Below are positions 47,484 to 60,484 of a stretch of 64,000 bases of DNA, piece after piece. The notes under the pieces are model-generated. The model was given only the letters and a program-made list of their open reading frames with translations, was not told the DNA's origin and did no database searches. The stretch spans positions 3,720,001 to 3,784,000 of the forward strand of contig CM035352.1 in NCBI GenBank assembly GCA_020137815.1, read 5' to 3'. Both the position numbers and the translations under genes were made by a program. The first letter of the stretch is position 1. Each line of letters opens with the position of its first letter. Source of the DNA: Hormiphora californensis. Lineage: Eukaryota; Animalia; Ctenophora.

Positions 47484-50400
47484 GGTACCGCTCCTCCTGA
47501 TCCTTCTCCCACAACTTGATGTTCCGGACAGTGTCCAACCTTTGGGGTCGGAGATGTCTACTACTCTTCAGGTATCGCTTCTGCTTGCTCTCACCACGGT
47601 ACTCCAATCGAAGTGGCACAAAGTCGGGTACTTCCAAACCTGAGGTCATGGAATTGAAGGAGTAATGTTGAAAAAACATTGATAGCATTAAAATAATGGC
47701 ATGTTATAACATGTTTAAGGGTACACCTCGGCAAAATTTTTGTCGAGTGCCCGCTTAGCTCTCCATATGGGGTTGTAGGGCATACCAAGCCGACCTCAAA
47801 TATGCAATTTTAGCCCTTAACTCGAATTCATATTTTTGCTACAGCCCCTCAAAGTTTGACCCTAAAAACCGGTTTTTAAGATCCCTAAATTTTATTTTTA
47901 GGGCTAGAAAGCTGAAAATTTAGGGATTCATAGAGGATACCAAGGTGTATAGCTGAAACAGAAATTTTTTGAAATGGAGCTCAATTTTTTGTCTGAGACT
48001 ATTTTACTTTTTTTGACTTTGAGGCCATATTTGGACATGTTCCTATGGACCGTTAAGGCTAAAAATTGGATATTTGGTGCTCCTAACAATTGTCAAAGTA
48101 GCCACAAATTTTCAGGAGGTCCGAATTTGAAATGTGGCCTACAGGTTTCTTTTTGTGAAGCACATATTTTAGGAAAACGTAAAATGGCTATATCTCAAAA
48201 ACGGTAGGTCCTAGCGATCTAATTTCGTGCTAAATCGATTCAGCGGGTCCGATTTTGGGGGGGTAAAAAAAAAGTAAAATAGTCTCAGACAAAAAATTGA
48301 GCTCCATTTCAAAAAATTTCTGTTTGAGCTATACACCTTGGTATCCTCTATGAATCCCTAAATTTTCAGCTTTCTAGCCCTAAAAATAAAATTTAGGGAC
48401 CTTAAAAACCGGTTTTTAGGGTCAAACTTTGAGGGGCTGTAGCAAAAATATGAATTCGAGTTAAGTGCTAAAATTGCATATTTGAGGTCGGATTGGTATG
48501 CCCTACAACCCCATATGGAGAGCTAAGCGGGCACTCGACAAAAATTTTGCCGAGGTGTACCCTTAAGATATAATAAGAATGTAAAGTTGATATTGTAGGA
48601 TACTGGATGACGTGTGAGCTAGATATCACTGCGCTGGCAAGCGCAAAGGTTGCCATTCCCCCCCCCCTCAAAAGCGCTGCCAGAAACGCAGTTATACGTT
48701 TTATGGGTGTTTGGCTGAAAAACCGGATTTCAGAAGGCTATAGCGTGGCTCTCTTTCATCCGATTAACTTGAAATTTGGAATGTATACCCGGCTTGGGGT
48801 CTTTTACTTAAATTTAAAATTTCAAGTCTCTATCTCATCTGGGTCCGAAGTTACAGACCAGTCCCATTTGCTGAAGATTCAGTGTAACGGACACATACGC
48901 GCGTATGCGCATACGCGCGCGCATAGGAGAGACGCTTTTTCCGGTCCCAGTTCTGAACAAACGGAAAGAGATAGAGACTTCTCGTTTTCACTAGCTTGTA
49001 GATCTATTCAATTATTGTGTTATTAGCGGGGTGAGGTTTTCAATCATTCCCAGGAACGTCCTACAGAACGTCTTAAAGTCGTCACTTTTGATACACTGAC
49101 TAAACTTCTTTGAGCTCAATTTACACCCTGAAGACGGATTCTAATCGAAAAACGAAGACTATATCATGGAAAGAGAATTGTCTGAACTTTCAGAAACGGG
49201 GGGGGGGGCCGGCTGAAGTTTTTGAAGTCGACTTCAAACAGAAACTTAGGGTGGAAAACTTCAAAAACTTCAAAAACTTCAAAAACTCATACCTCCTAAA
49301 CCGTTGGAGATAGGTCCTATGTTGCTTCATAACTCTTATATAAACTTGCATTATATTCCGAACAAGATACACCCCTTTAAAAATCCTATAGACACTCAGA
49401 AACCATTAAAACTGGTCTAGCCCAAAAATAAGTCATGCGCACACACACAATTATGAAAATATCCCATTATCCCTCGAATTAGATGAGGTGGAGACTTCAT
49501 TTTGGCACGTACCCCCACTAACTCGAGGCCGCTGATGATTTTAGTGTCCATAGTTTTTTCACTACTCCCTACATAAAAAATTTGCATTTTGTGAAACTGG
49601 CAAAAAGGGTGTGGCCCCAAAAAAATTTTTGAAAATTTACATCATAATTTTTAAACACTTTCTTAGCATTTTCTAGGCAATTTTTTGAGTTATAGAATGA
49701 AAATTAAATTTGTTTTTACAAAAAAATTAAATTTTTTACACCAAATTGTGCCTTGGATTTCATGGCTAGGAATCATTGTAAATATCCTAATTTGTGGTAG
49801 AAAAAGGGCAGACAAGGCCGGATAACTTTGCCACAATATGTATTAAGCATGAAACTAACCTAAACAAGTGTAATAAAAGTCACTGATAGCATATAAAAGT
49901 AGTTTAGAGTTTTTGAAGTCAACTTCAAAAACTTCAAAAACTCAAAAAGTAGGGTGGAAAACTTCAAACTTCAAAAACTTCAGCCGGCCCCCCCCCTCAG
50001 AAACTGCATCGCGAATTTTCAAAACAAGATGTATAAGGGTCTTAAAACGCGTCTAAAGTGTTATGACTGTTTAAAATTAGATATGACGATATGGGTTTTT
50101 CGCCATAGCGGACTCATATCTCATCCAATCAATCTCAAACTTGGTCAGTATCTTTATCTAGGTAATCCCGATGATATTACGTTATCATTATGACGTCATA
50201 ACGTCGTGACGTCGCGTTATGACGTCAAAATGACGTCAAAAATGAAAATTTTGCAATTTCGCGATTCTAATCTCTCTGTACCTATTCAACTACATCTGCA
50301 TAAATAAAAAATCCCAAAAATGATACATATTATACCAAAACTAATTGAAATTAGTGGGCCGGAAAGGTTGCCCTACTATTTCAGCTACCTTTGGCACCAG

Positions 50401-51806
50401 TACATTCCCCTTTCAAGATAGATCAAGCTTCTGTACCCTGTCCATACCCTGTGAATGTTAGGGTGGCAAAGGTAGCTGAAATAGTAGGGCAACCTTTCCG
50501 GCCCACTAATTTCAATTAGTTTTGGTATAATATGTATAATACCTGTTTCAGGATCGAACAATGGTTCGGGAAAATACTCTGGTATGTCCGATTGGTCCTG
50601 TGTTAGATCCCGGAGAGAGTGGAGATTACCCTGGGGATCATCTCTCACCTGGAATACAGGGGTTCAAATGTTAAATTGTTATTTTAGATCCAGGGGAAAG
50701 TGAAATTTAAGGATTTCAATCAAACCATCTCTAATTTTGAAGTGGGTGTTGGAACGAGATAACTCCCCCTCAATATTACCTGGTAACTGAGAACTTTAAT
50801 TGATTCCACGTAGGGGGAATACATGAATACAAAGTTTTCCACTCCATAACCATAACTCTCAATATTTTGCCGGATGATAAAGTACGCTCCTAAATCCTTG
50901 TGTTCCCTCTCTATTACGATCCCCCGGTATGTCAGAGGGTATTCCAGATCCCATTGTTGCCTTAGTTTCACCTCAACATAACTTCCCACGCTCACATAGG
51001 GGATGTCCCGGACCTACATTGTAGTGTGTGGGAATTGGTCAAGAAAGAATTCATAAATAAATATTGCTGAAAGGTAATCTTTCGGACTGTGCATGAATGT
51101 ACAGACACACCTGGTTATTATCAGTAAAAATAGGGGTGACAACTTTTAAAAATCCAACTTTTGTCTAACCTGTCTTCGTTTCCACATTTCACAAAGGTCA
51201 TGGTACAACACAACGTCAGACGGGGCCTGTTTCTTTATCTTAACAATCTCCTCCGGCACATCTATCTCCCTGCTAAATCCTAATTCCTCCATATCAAATT
51301 GGGAGGGATCCTCCGCAAACATGACTTCCTCGCATTTAGCCTCAAACATCGCCTGACAGTGGAATGTGGCAGTGAATTTGACAGTAGATATAATATGATG
51401 GTATGTGTAAACAAGTTTAACGTTACACGTTATGAATCCAAGATGTGAGAGAATGTAAATTTAATTAATCAATTAATTAGTTACCTTCCTTTGCCATGTA
51501 TTAACGTCAAGATGAGATAAAAAGTGAGTTGACCAGCCAGGATAACCACCACGAAGATAAGTTACAATCATTCCCCGGTTGCTCCCCGGATACTCAAACT
51601 TTAACCTCCTGCTCTCATCCTGGTACTGGACCACACCACGAGGGGTTGTGGAGAGTGCAGGGGTTGTGGAGGTGGGTGCAGGGGTTGTAACCTTCAGTCA
51701 GAGATGCCTGATGAGAGGCTAGAGATCGGGTACAACTGGTACCCCCCAAATGAGTACAGCTGGTACTTCCCAACCGCCCTATAAGCCGTGTTAGTGATGA
51801 TCTCAT
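47446..51806 (-). CDS. MRPL19: Mitochondrial ribosomal protein L19 (bL19m)-like, multi-exon
   Basis: Presequence-like MRSSLTRLIGRL; exon ~51014-50780 DIPYVSVGSYVEV...YRGIVI...GAYFIIRQNIESYGYGVE...YSPYVESIKV; then NLHSLRD; last exon ~47640-47446. Confidence 0.75.
47719..48562. mobile_element. 844-bp foldback MITE with ~295-bp TIRs and TTAA TSD (Kolobok-like)
   Basis: ttaa|gggtacacctcggc...gccgaggtgtaccc|ttaa; GG termini argue against piggyBac. Confidence 0.9.
49198..49996. mobile_element. ~800-bp MITE with G-run termini and 8-bp TSD, nested in an older repeat (~48680-50320)
   Basis: TIR ggggggggccggctgaagtttttgaagt / acttcaaaaacttcagccggcccccccc; TSD tcagaaac; subterminal acttcaaaa repeats. 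Confidence 0.9.
50323..50537. mobile_element. ~215-bp inverted-repeat element with 76-bp arms
   Basis: 50323-50398 is the near-perfect reverse complement of 50462-50537. Confidence 0.85.
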
Positions 51807-52301
51807 CGCGGGTTTGTCATCTGCTAGCTAAAAGAGATGATGTTGCAGTTAAGTGGGAGTCATATAGTTTAGGGCCTGTCTCATCAAATTGAACAGTGAA
51901 AATTGAATTTCACTGTCAATTTGATGAGACCCACCTTTTCTTAGGTACTTATTTGTGATTGCTCGGGGGAGCTGTGATAACAAACACAGTAAGGAGACAC
52001 GTTTTACAACTAAAAAGTCCTGAACTACATAAATACCCTGTAACACTTAGACTGAAGATAATTTTAACTTGTCAAATCACGCGTCAAGTTAGAAGAAGCA
52101 ATTAACGATAAATAGACTTGCGTGTCTCTCTAATAATGACCCCCTTACAGTCCACTTTTTTAGCTGAGTCGATTATACAGACAGTTCATGATACTGCGCT
52201 AACAAGAGTCCGAACAAGTTAAATACAGTGTGTATTACACACGCAACACCCAGCTGAATTTTATCACAGTTTTGTAAAGGCCAGCACGCCCTACAATCCC
52301 T

Positions 52302-55191
52302 TTACCGTTTTGAGCTCAGCTTCGCTCTCAGATCGTTTTTACCAACGACCAACTTCGGCTTTTGGACGACTTGCACCTCTGAGCCGAGACTTCGTCTGGC
52401 GGGGTTACTAGTCATCTTTGCAGAGCCCTTCAAAACTACAGCAGACTGGATCCTTGGTCCGGAGCTGGGAAGAGGCTTCTGATCTCTGTGCGAGACAGTC
52501 CTTGATTCACCTTCTGAGAGTGGTTCAAATGTGAAAATAAATGTTTTCAAAGATTCAAAGTTCAAAGAAACTAGTAATGGCATAGATCTGTGCATCACAC
52601 TAATAGCCAGTTCGCCCTATAATAGTCTCTTATACCTGAGTCACTGGAGTCAGAGGAGTCAGAGGAAGATTCACTGGAAGATTCGCTTGAAGATTCGCTA
52701 GAGCTACTCTCCGAGGAAGATGAAGATGAAGCATTGGGAAGCTTCTTTTGTCTTTTCTTAGCGGCAGAACTTTTTGAAGATGGAACTCGCTTTCGTAAGG
52801 GTCTTCTTTCGAACTATTTCCTTTTCGATCACAGGTTCCTCCTCCTCGGAAGAGGATGATTCGACGTCTTTACGAACCTGTAATTGAGGAAATGGAGGAT
52901 TAGATCGATGCTCACTATCTTTATCGGAAAGAATGTGCTGAGGAATGTGGAATGTGACATGACAAAGGTGAGGGATCAGAACGAAAAGAATCGGTTATGC
53001 CCGATACTATAAATGTCAATAATACCTCGACATCATTGACCACGTGACTATACATCACGTGATTACTATATTTGGGCATTTCACCTACTAGGGGGCCCAC
53101 GCAGCCACGTACTACTTACCTCGACATCATTGGTCTTGTTGCTCCTATCCACCTCAATGGTAAGTGTCTCAACCAGTGGTTTACCCAGTAGGTACTCCTC
53201 CTTAATCTGGTCCACATCAATTCGACCCTTATTAAGGTGGCGCCTAAGGTCGGGCTTCTTAGCGACCGCCTTCTTCACCTCCTGTATCTCTTCATTCGTC
53301 CTCTTTTTCTCCGGTGTACCAACTTGCTTTGTGAACTTTTTCCTGGGAATAAAGAATGTGAAGTACATAATATAATCAAGATGTAGAAATGGATAGCTAT
53401 ACCCTTTCGTACTGGGAGCAATGCACAACACTTAGTAGTGAGAACTAGCTCTAAAGAAATGATAAAAAGGGAACACTGCATCCAATTTATTGGGGGCAGG
53501 GAGTTAGAAACAAGCATTTGATTGGTTAGTTACTAACTTAGTATGAAGGTAAGGTGCATTTGGATTTCCATAGAGATTATAATAGCGGCTGTTCAAGTGT
53601 GCCCCTCTCTTCTTCACATCCCCCGTGTTAGCGTATCTCATGAACATGAGATGGGCCTTCTCGTTGTCCTTTGTTGCTACCCTCCAAGGTTTAATGTCAG
53701 GTCCGGGTCTCTCAAGTGTCCCGGGAAGTAGGTAGAATGAATCCTCTGAAATGAGGGAGTGTGGTACTTTTATTAAGAAGTTTAATTTAATCAATGAGAC
53801 CACGTGGAAGATGATTGGATGCTTCAGAAAACACATCAACACATTAAAAATGATCAATGAACTATGAAGCTAACCTTCTTTTTCGCGGCGACGAAGCTCA
53901 CTTTTCCTTTTCTCTAGTTCTTCCTCGGTGAATTTACTGCTGAAGGAAAGGAGGGCCCTTTTGACACTGTAGGTATCCGACCAGACAACGTTACCTGTAG
54001 GAATATTTGACATGAAATGTGTGAAATGTGTTAGAGATATTATAATGTATTGCTCTTGATATACCTAGATCTATTCGGGGAAGAATTTCATTTCATTTTG
54101 AAGCTATGGCTCCGGTAAACGCACCGCTGTACTTACAATGTGAATCGTCCAGCCATTCGATATGGTGAGGGGAGTACTCAGAAAAGTAATCCAGGATATC
54201 TTGGGTAGACAGATCATCTGTACCGAACAGGTGAATTGCCTCTGGTCGCCTCTCAAATAACCCACACTCTTCCTCCCTGTAAAATGAGAGGTGTACTTGA
54301 GAATAACGAAACTATGTGACACATAAAACAAATGAAATTCAGAATAACAACAACAAAAAATACTATTTTTAAACTTACTCTTTGTCTGCCTCATCAACTA
54401 CTTGATCATCATCAAATTTACTTTTTTCAATCTTCTCGTACTTCCCAAACCTCTGCATTCTCAGTTGTCGGCGATACTTTGCCTCCACCGACGTTGGGTC
54501 AAAACCCGTCATGAACTCACCTGAAGGGAAGGGAAGGGAGTGAGAGACATGGAGAGAGAGAGAGTGATCTGTGAGTGAGAGATCGTGAGAGTGAGAGAGG
54601 GATAAAATGAGAGAAAGAAAAATATGGTGAGTGCAAAGTCTGAGACTCAGTCAGATTTGATATACCTCCTCTATTCAGATAAACTTTAGGCTCAAGTCTG
54701 GATTCCACTGCTGCTGCTGCTGATACTGCTGCTGATTTAGGAGCTTCAATCCTCTGCCTCTTGGACTTCCGGACAGGTCCCTCAACCCTTGATGCCTCTG
54801 CCTTTTTCGGACTTGTAATTGGCGAAATGGAACGTTTTTTCTTGTCCTAAAAGAGAAACAAATTACCGGTTATGTCAAATCATTCCCGAACAATGCTGTG
54901 AGCTGAGAAATACAATGAGGAATGTGTGTCTTAAAAAATGTAGCAACTCACAGGTTCAGAAGGAGGAAGGGGCGGTCCTGCAACCATCGATCTACTAGGT
55001 ATCATCTTCTCTGAAACTGCAGCAGCAGGCTCAGTGGTTTTTATCAACTTCATAATGTTCCGAACCTCCCGTTCCTCATCCGAGTCAGGGTAATCTGGTA
55101 GCTCCGCAATAATGTCCGCTGCTTTCGGCAATGGATCGAGCTTGAAGTTAGGGTCAAAATCAGACTCTTCGGTGTCATTCTGTTCTGACAT
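52302..55191 (-). CDS. NCBP3: Nuclear cap-binding protein subunit 3 (C17orf85), multi-exon
   Basis: AIHLFGTDDLSTQDILDYFSEYSPHHIEWLDDSHCNVVW and MFMRYANTGDVKKRGAHLNSRYYNLYGNPN motifs. Confidence 0.85.
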
Positions 55192-55335
55192 GCTGGCTCT
55201 AGAGAGGGAAGCAGGGATTGTTAGCTGGATGAAACAGATTAAAAAGTAAACATCCATATTAAATTTAAAAAAAAGTACATTTAAAACCAAAAACTTCTAA
55301 CGAAACAACATAAAACCCAATTAAACACGACAAAC

Positions 55336-58300
55336 TTAGTTACACCTGAAAACAACATTAATCAGGAATTTAGCTTTAGGATTATCCCTTCTCTCACCCT
55401 CGATAAAACTGAAGATTTCATTTTTGTTCATAACAGCAATCGGAAAGAAAAAGTCTGACTTCCCGGGCCGCTCTACCACCATATAATAGTGCAGGATGAG
55501 ATTGAAATGAAGGGTGCTTTCTTTGATAGGTGAACTGTTGAAAAGAAGGGTTGAATTTCCCTCAGGGAGGGAAAGAGTAAAACTGAACTTGTGGGTTTCA
55601 CCACACCCTCTCACATCACACTTAAATTCTCTAGTCAAGAATGATAAGCAATTTTGTCTTTTCAATATGTCCACTGAATGATTAGCGAGTGTCATTTTAA
55701 TAATTTTTGTTATAAAGTCCGTCTTTTCCAATTTCGTGTTTGCTCGATCGATCCCATCAAAAAGGGAGAATCCAGTTCGAACATCACTCAAGTAACTCCA
55801 ATTGAGTCGACAGTTTCGCCACGCCTCGCACAGTCGTCCAAAGTGGTCACTGGTTAGGCTCTTGATTCTCTTGAACTGACCCCAAGCTATCATCGCATCG
55901 ACGCAGAGATAAGCCTCCTTAGAACGAGGACAAACTTTTCCACAAATAGCGATCACCTCGTAGAGTTGCTTCATAGTCAACTTTAACCAGGATTCATTGA
56001 TTACAAATTCCAGTATGGATTTTTGTGTTGTAAACTGTGTGCTGAGTATTGACACTGGTGCAGCTGATTTTTGAGCGGCAGGTGCAGCTGATTTTTGAGC
56101 GGGGAGGGTGGCTGGTTTTTGAGTAGGGAGTGTGGCTGGTTTTTGAGCGAGGAGGGCGGCTGGTTTTTGAGTGGGGAGTGTGGCTGGTTTTTGAGCGGGG
56201 GGTACAGCTGGGTTTTGAGTAGGGAGACGGTTTTTGAAGATGAGGACCAAATTCGAAACCTTGGCTTCGTTTATTTTTTCACGAATTTGATTTCGTCCGA
56301 GGCCCTGTAGTGATATCCACTTTTTAGTTGTGCCACTTCCGCTTTCGGTTATGATGTAGGAGAAAACAACTTCATGACCAGGAGTTGCGTTTATTGTCAT
56401 TTGGTAAGGTGCTGTTATTCCAAGTGTTGCTGTGAATGGATGTGGAGATTCACAATCTTCAATAGGACAGTCAAATTCGTTGGTTTTCACAAGAATGCAC
56501 TTCTGGCCACCTAAAGAACTTAAAACACTTACTTTGTCCAGCGTAAATTCTTCTACAACGAACTTTTTGTTTTGGTTTTTGACTTTCGGCTCAGAATCAA
56601 TACCCGCCAGATAGTTCAAGACCAATCGAAGATCCTCAGAAAACGCTGCTGGAAGAAGAAGCTGAGGAAGACGACATAGAATCCGTTCCCTAATTTCCTT
56701 GGTAACGGTAGTTCCTGTGTGTTTGAGCCAGAGAAATAGGTGGTCAACAAACAAAAACAGAGGGCCAGGATCATCAACAGTGCTTACAGCAAAGCATTTG
56801 TCTCGAAGCAAAATGATCTGCCCAAAAGTCTTCAGTTTCCTCCAATGTTTTAGATAACTAACCGCAGATTCTGCAGAATCGATTTGAGAAATTTGATCTT
56901 TCACATTAACAACAGATGAGACTGAGGTATCAGACTGGCGATCCAAACTTTTCACCGACGAAGCAGGAGACAATACGGAAGGAGCTGCAGATTGGTGAGA
57001 AGAACTGGCCTGTGGCTGCTCTGCTTGCTGAAGTATCTTCTGGACAGATTCATCGGAAATTGCGTTTCGCAGAACCAAAACCAGTTCAAATTCAATAAAC
57101 CTATTTATAGCTTTACTGATTTGCCTCATAGCTTTACTGATTTGTCTTACTGATTTACCGACAAGAGAAACATAGCGAAGTTGCCTTAGTCCATCAGGTT
57201 TGCATAGTTCAACAACACCATAGTAAAACACAACATCATGGCCAGTAGTGCAGAAGAGAATTTCAGATGAAAAGGGATCGGAGAAACTTATTTTGATCTC
57301 AAACAGATGGTTCTCCAGACAACCTTTTACAGGACATTTTAACGAGGGAGAGCTAGAGTTAAACACAATATATCTCTTACTCGGTACCAAAGACGCGATC
57401 GTTTCACTCAAATCCATTGACAAGCGTATTGCAACATACTGGTCCGTTTTGCTCTTTGCTTTTCCAGTCGGAGTGTCGCCATTCATAGAATGCAGAATTT
57501 TCTTCAAATCGACAGTAACCTCTGCAGGAAGAAACTCTTGTGGCAGCTGAGAAAGTATGGTAGTAAACATTGGCTGTACCGGAACAGTCTTAGTGTACTC
57601 TAGCCAGTTGAAAAGGCAGTCGATGAACAAAAGGAGAGGGTGGGGGCTTTCAAGACTGCTAACGATCATGCATCTTTTTTTCAGCTCCATAACTTGATCG
57701 AAGTCCAATCTTCTTCTCCAACGTGCCTCCTTGAAGAATTTCCAAACTGCTTCTAGACAATTAGAATCAAGTTTTTGTAGCTCAGCCTGAAAGTCCAAGA
57801 CCTTGTTAGTATTTGCAGGTGATGCTGGTGACATGGTGGGAAGAATTGCAGATGGCTGATGCTGCAGGACATGTAAGTTGAAGGTGCTGCAGAATTCGTG
57901 ATAAGAACTAGCCTGTAATTGTTCCGTTTGCTTGAGTATCTGCTGAACAGATTCATTGGAAATTGAGTTTTCGCAAAACCAAAACCAATTTTAAACGAGA
58001 ACAGCTTTTCAGAGCATCCAATATCTTGAATCTGCTTCTGCCAAAGAGGGAGATCCATTGAAGTTGATTTGCTTGAGGTGTTCCTCCATTTTCAAGTTCA
58101 TCAACAAGATAGTAAAAGACAACTTTGTGACCGGGCGTACAGGAGATGGTTTCTGGAAAGATAGCTTTTGGGAAATGTATCTTTATATGAAAAGGATGAC
58201 TTTGAAGACAGCCTGTAATGGGGCATGTGACGGACATTGAATCAACCTCAATACACTTCTGATCTGATTCTAGGGACGCAGCCAACCTGTCATTCGAAAT

Positions 58301-59651
58301 TGAAAGTCGAATTGTAACAAATAGTTCGGACTGGTGCTTAGCTTTACAGTTAGGATAGTTCCCCATCATAGAATGCAACACCCGCTTCAGATCCACCATG
58401 ACCTCTGAAGGGAGCAACTCCTGCCTGAGTGGATTTATTATCTTATCGAATATCGGTGTGGTCAGCATAGTCTCAGTGAATCCCCAGCCAAAGAAACATA
58501 ACGTCAATGAACAGTAAAAGTGGGTACGGGTCTTCAGGAGAACTTGCATTGGTACACTTCTTTTTTAGCTCAAGAAGTTGATCAAATGTCTCAAGTTTTT
58601 TCCACTTTGAGAATCTGTACAGAACACAAACCGACTCCGGATAACTAAAGTCGAGTTCAGGTAGAATCTCTTGCTTCTCAGGTACCGGTTGACCTTCAAT
58701 TTCAGGTTCAGAATTTGCAGATGATACTGTGGTACGTCCTGAAGAATATTCCGTTGGAGGTAATTCAGGTGCGGGTCGCCGGGTGATTGGAGGAGGAAAA
58801 GGGGCATGATGTGGAGACCGGAGAGGATTGAAGGTAGGAGGAGTCGGAGGAGTCGCTGGTGGGGTTACCATAGAAACACAATCCTTAGTGATCTGGATAC
58901 AAAACTCCTTAACAACGGAAAAAGAACCATCCTCCAATGTCAAGAACTTTGGAAGAAACTTCAACTCTGTAAATCTTCGAGCTGGAACCAAGCTATTATC
59001 TCGTAAAAACCAGAGTAGTTTCCCCAAAATCAGAGGGTTATTTTCCACCGTTCTGCAGAGATCGAGAAGTTTTGTAGAGTCTTCCTTGAGGTCCGAAACG
59101 ACTGGAGAACCTTGGGGAGCACTTGTTAGAACAGCAAGCAGAAGCGTATCTCTCCAAGGCGCAGGGTAGTTTGAAGCGATCCTCAAAAAACTGCCAAGGA
59201 AGTTAGCCCCATTGTGAATAAATGATGAAAATCGCTCCAGGCAGAGATTACGAAGAATCGTGATGTCATACACAGAAGCAAACCCAAAACAGAGCTCAAT
59301 AATTTTCTGGAAAACCTGAACATCCTTGCCGTGGAGAATAAGAATGGAAGTGTACACAGCTTCCTCTATGTTCTCGAGCCTCTGTAGCGATGTTTCAATC
59401 TCAATTTCATCCAAACCAGAGAAAAGAAGTCTCTCAAAAACAGAGCTGTGAAGCGCCAAAATCAGGGAGTTCACTCGAAAGTGGGACTGTCCGACATGGA
59501 TAATAACGGAGTGGCTGAGATCGTGGGAGGTCTGGAACTTTGATAGATCTTTCTGGTTAGGGATTTTTACACCAGTGGTGGTATTGTGGGAGGAAGGAGG
59601 AGGGTCATCATTGGCATTCCAGAAACTAACTGCCAATTGTAGGTCGTCCAT
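55336..59651 (-). CDS. BTB/POZ protein with four ~230-aa Cys/His repeats (paralogue B), broken by two frameshifts (~58480, ~57960)
   Basis: ORFs 58473-59651, 57953-58549 and 55336-57834 are collinear with the intact paralogue at 60485-63793; pseudogene versus assembly indels unresolved. Confidence 0.75.
56060..56222 (-). repeat. 24-bp coding repeat (P[AT]QKPA[TA]L)n in paralogue B linker
   Basis: About 7 copies; a single copy in paralogue A. Confidence 0.9.
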
Positions 59652-60484
59652 GGGTTAACCACCCAGCCATACAATATCTCCTGTAGAAATATAGGAGCGA
59701 TTTAATTAGTTGCCCTAAACTAAATTTTAGTGGAAAAAACATTTTTCAAAATTTTGGCATGCATCGTGGATGCAACAAGAGTTATTGCATTATGTATTCA
59801 TAATGCGGTACTTTCCTGCCACAAATGGATGTAAAATTAATGACCAAGCTTCAAAAACTGGATTTTCTTATGAATTTGCGCTCAAGGAGCATTTTTTGGT
59901 TGATGCGATGTTAGTTGCTTTGGTATCGGTGTTTGCTATCATGGTAATTAAAAAAGTTGCTATGGTGACCAAGACAGTTGCTATGGTTACCAAGGCAGTT
60001 GCTTAGGAGTCCTTAGTTAGTTACTTAGTGCTTCAACTTTACCCTTGTCTTAACTCAAGTAACTTGCAATTGTCTCATAGTAGTTTCAAATTCATGCTTG
60101 GACGACTTGCTACAACTTCATGACATGACTGTAGGGCACCTAATTGAGGTGGAAGTAGAAAGTTCTATCAGTAAGTAATTGTATGCCACAATGCCTGCTA
60201 ATCATTTCCTTTTTTGCATCAACAAAGCGTGAGATGAAAGATTTATGAAGGAGCAGATATTGTTGCTATGCGTAGATAGGACGGACAATATATATTTTAA
60301 CCCCCAACATTACTGATTTCTAAAACCTGAATGAAAATTTTAGCACACGTGCTAAAACGATAATCATGGTGAATGCCCCTGGCATCCACCCGGGCAGAAA
60401 AAAAATGTTAGATGAAACAGCAAACATCCATTTCATATCAAAAGTAAATTTAAAATCAAAAACTTCTTACATAACAACAGAAAA

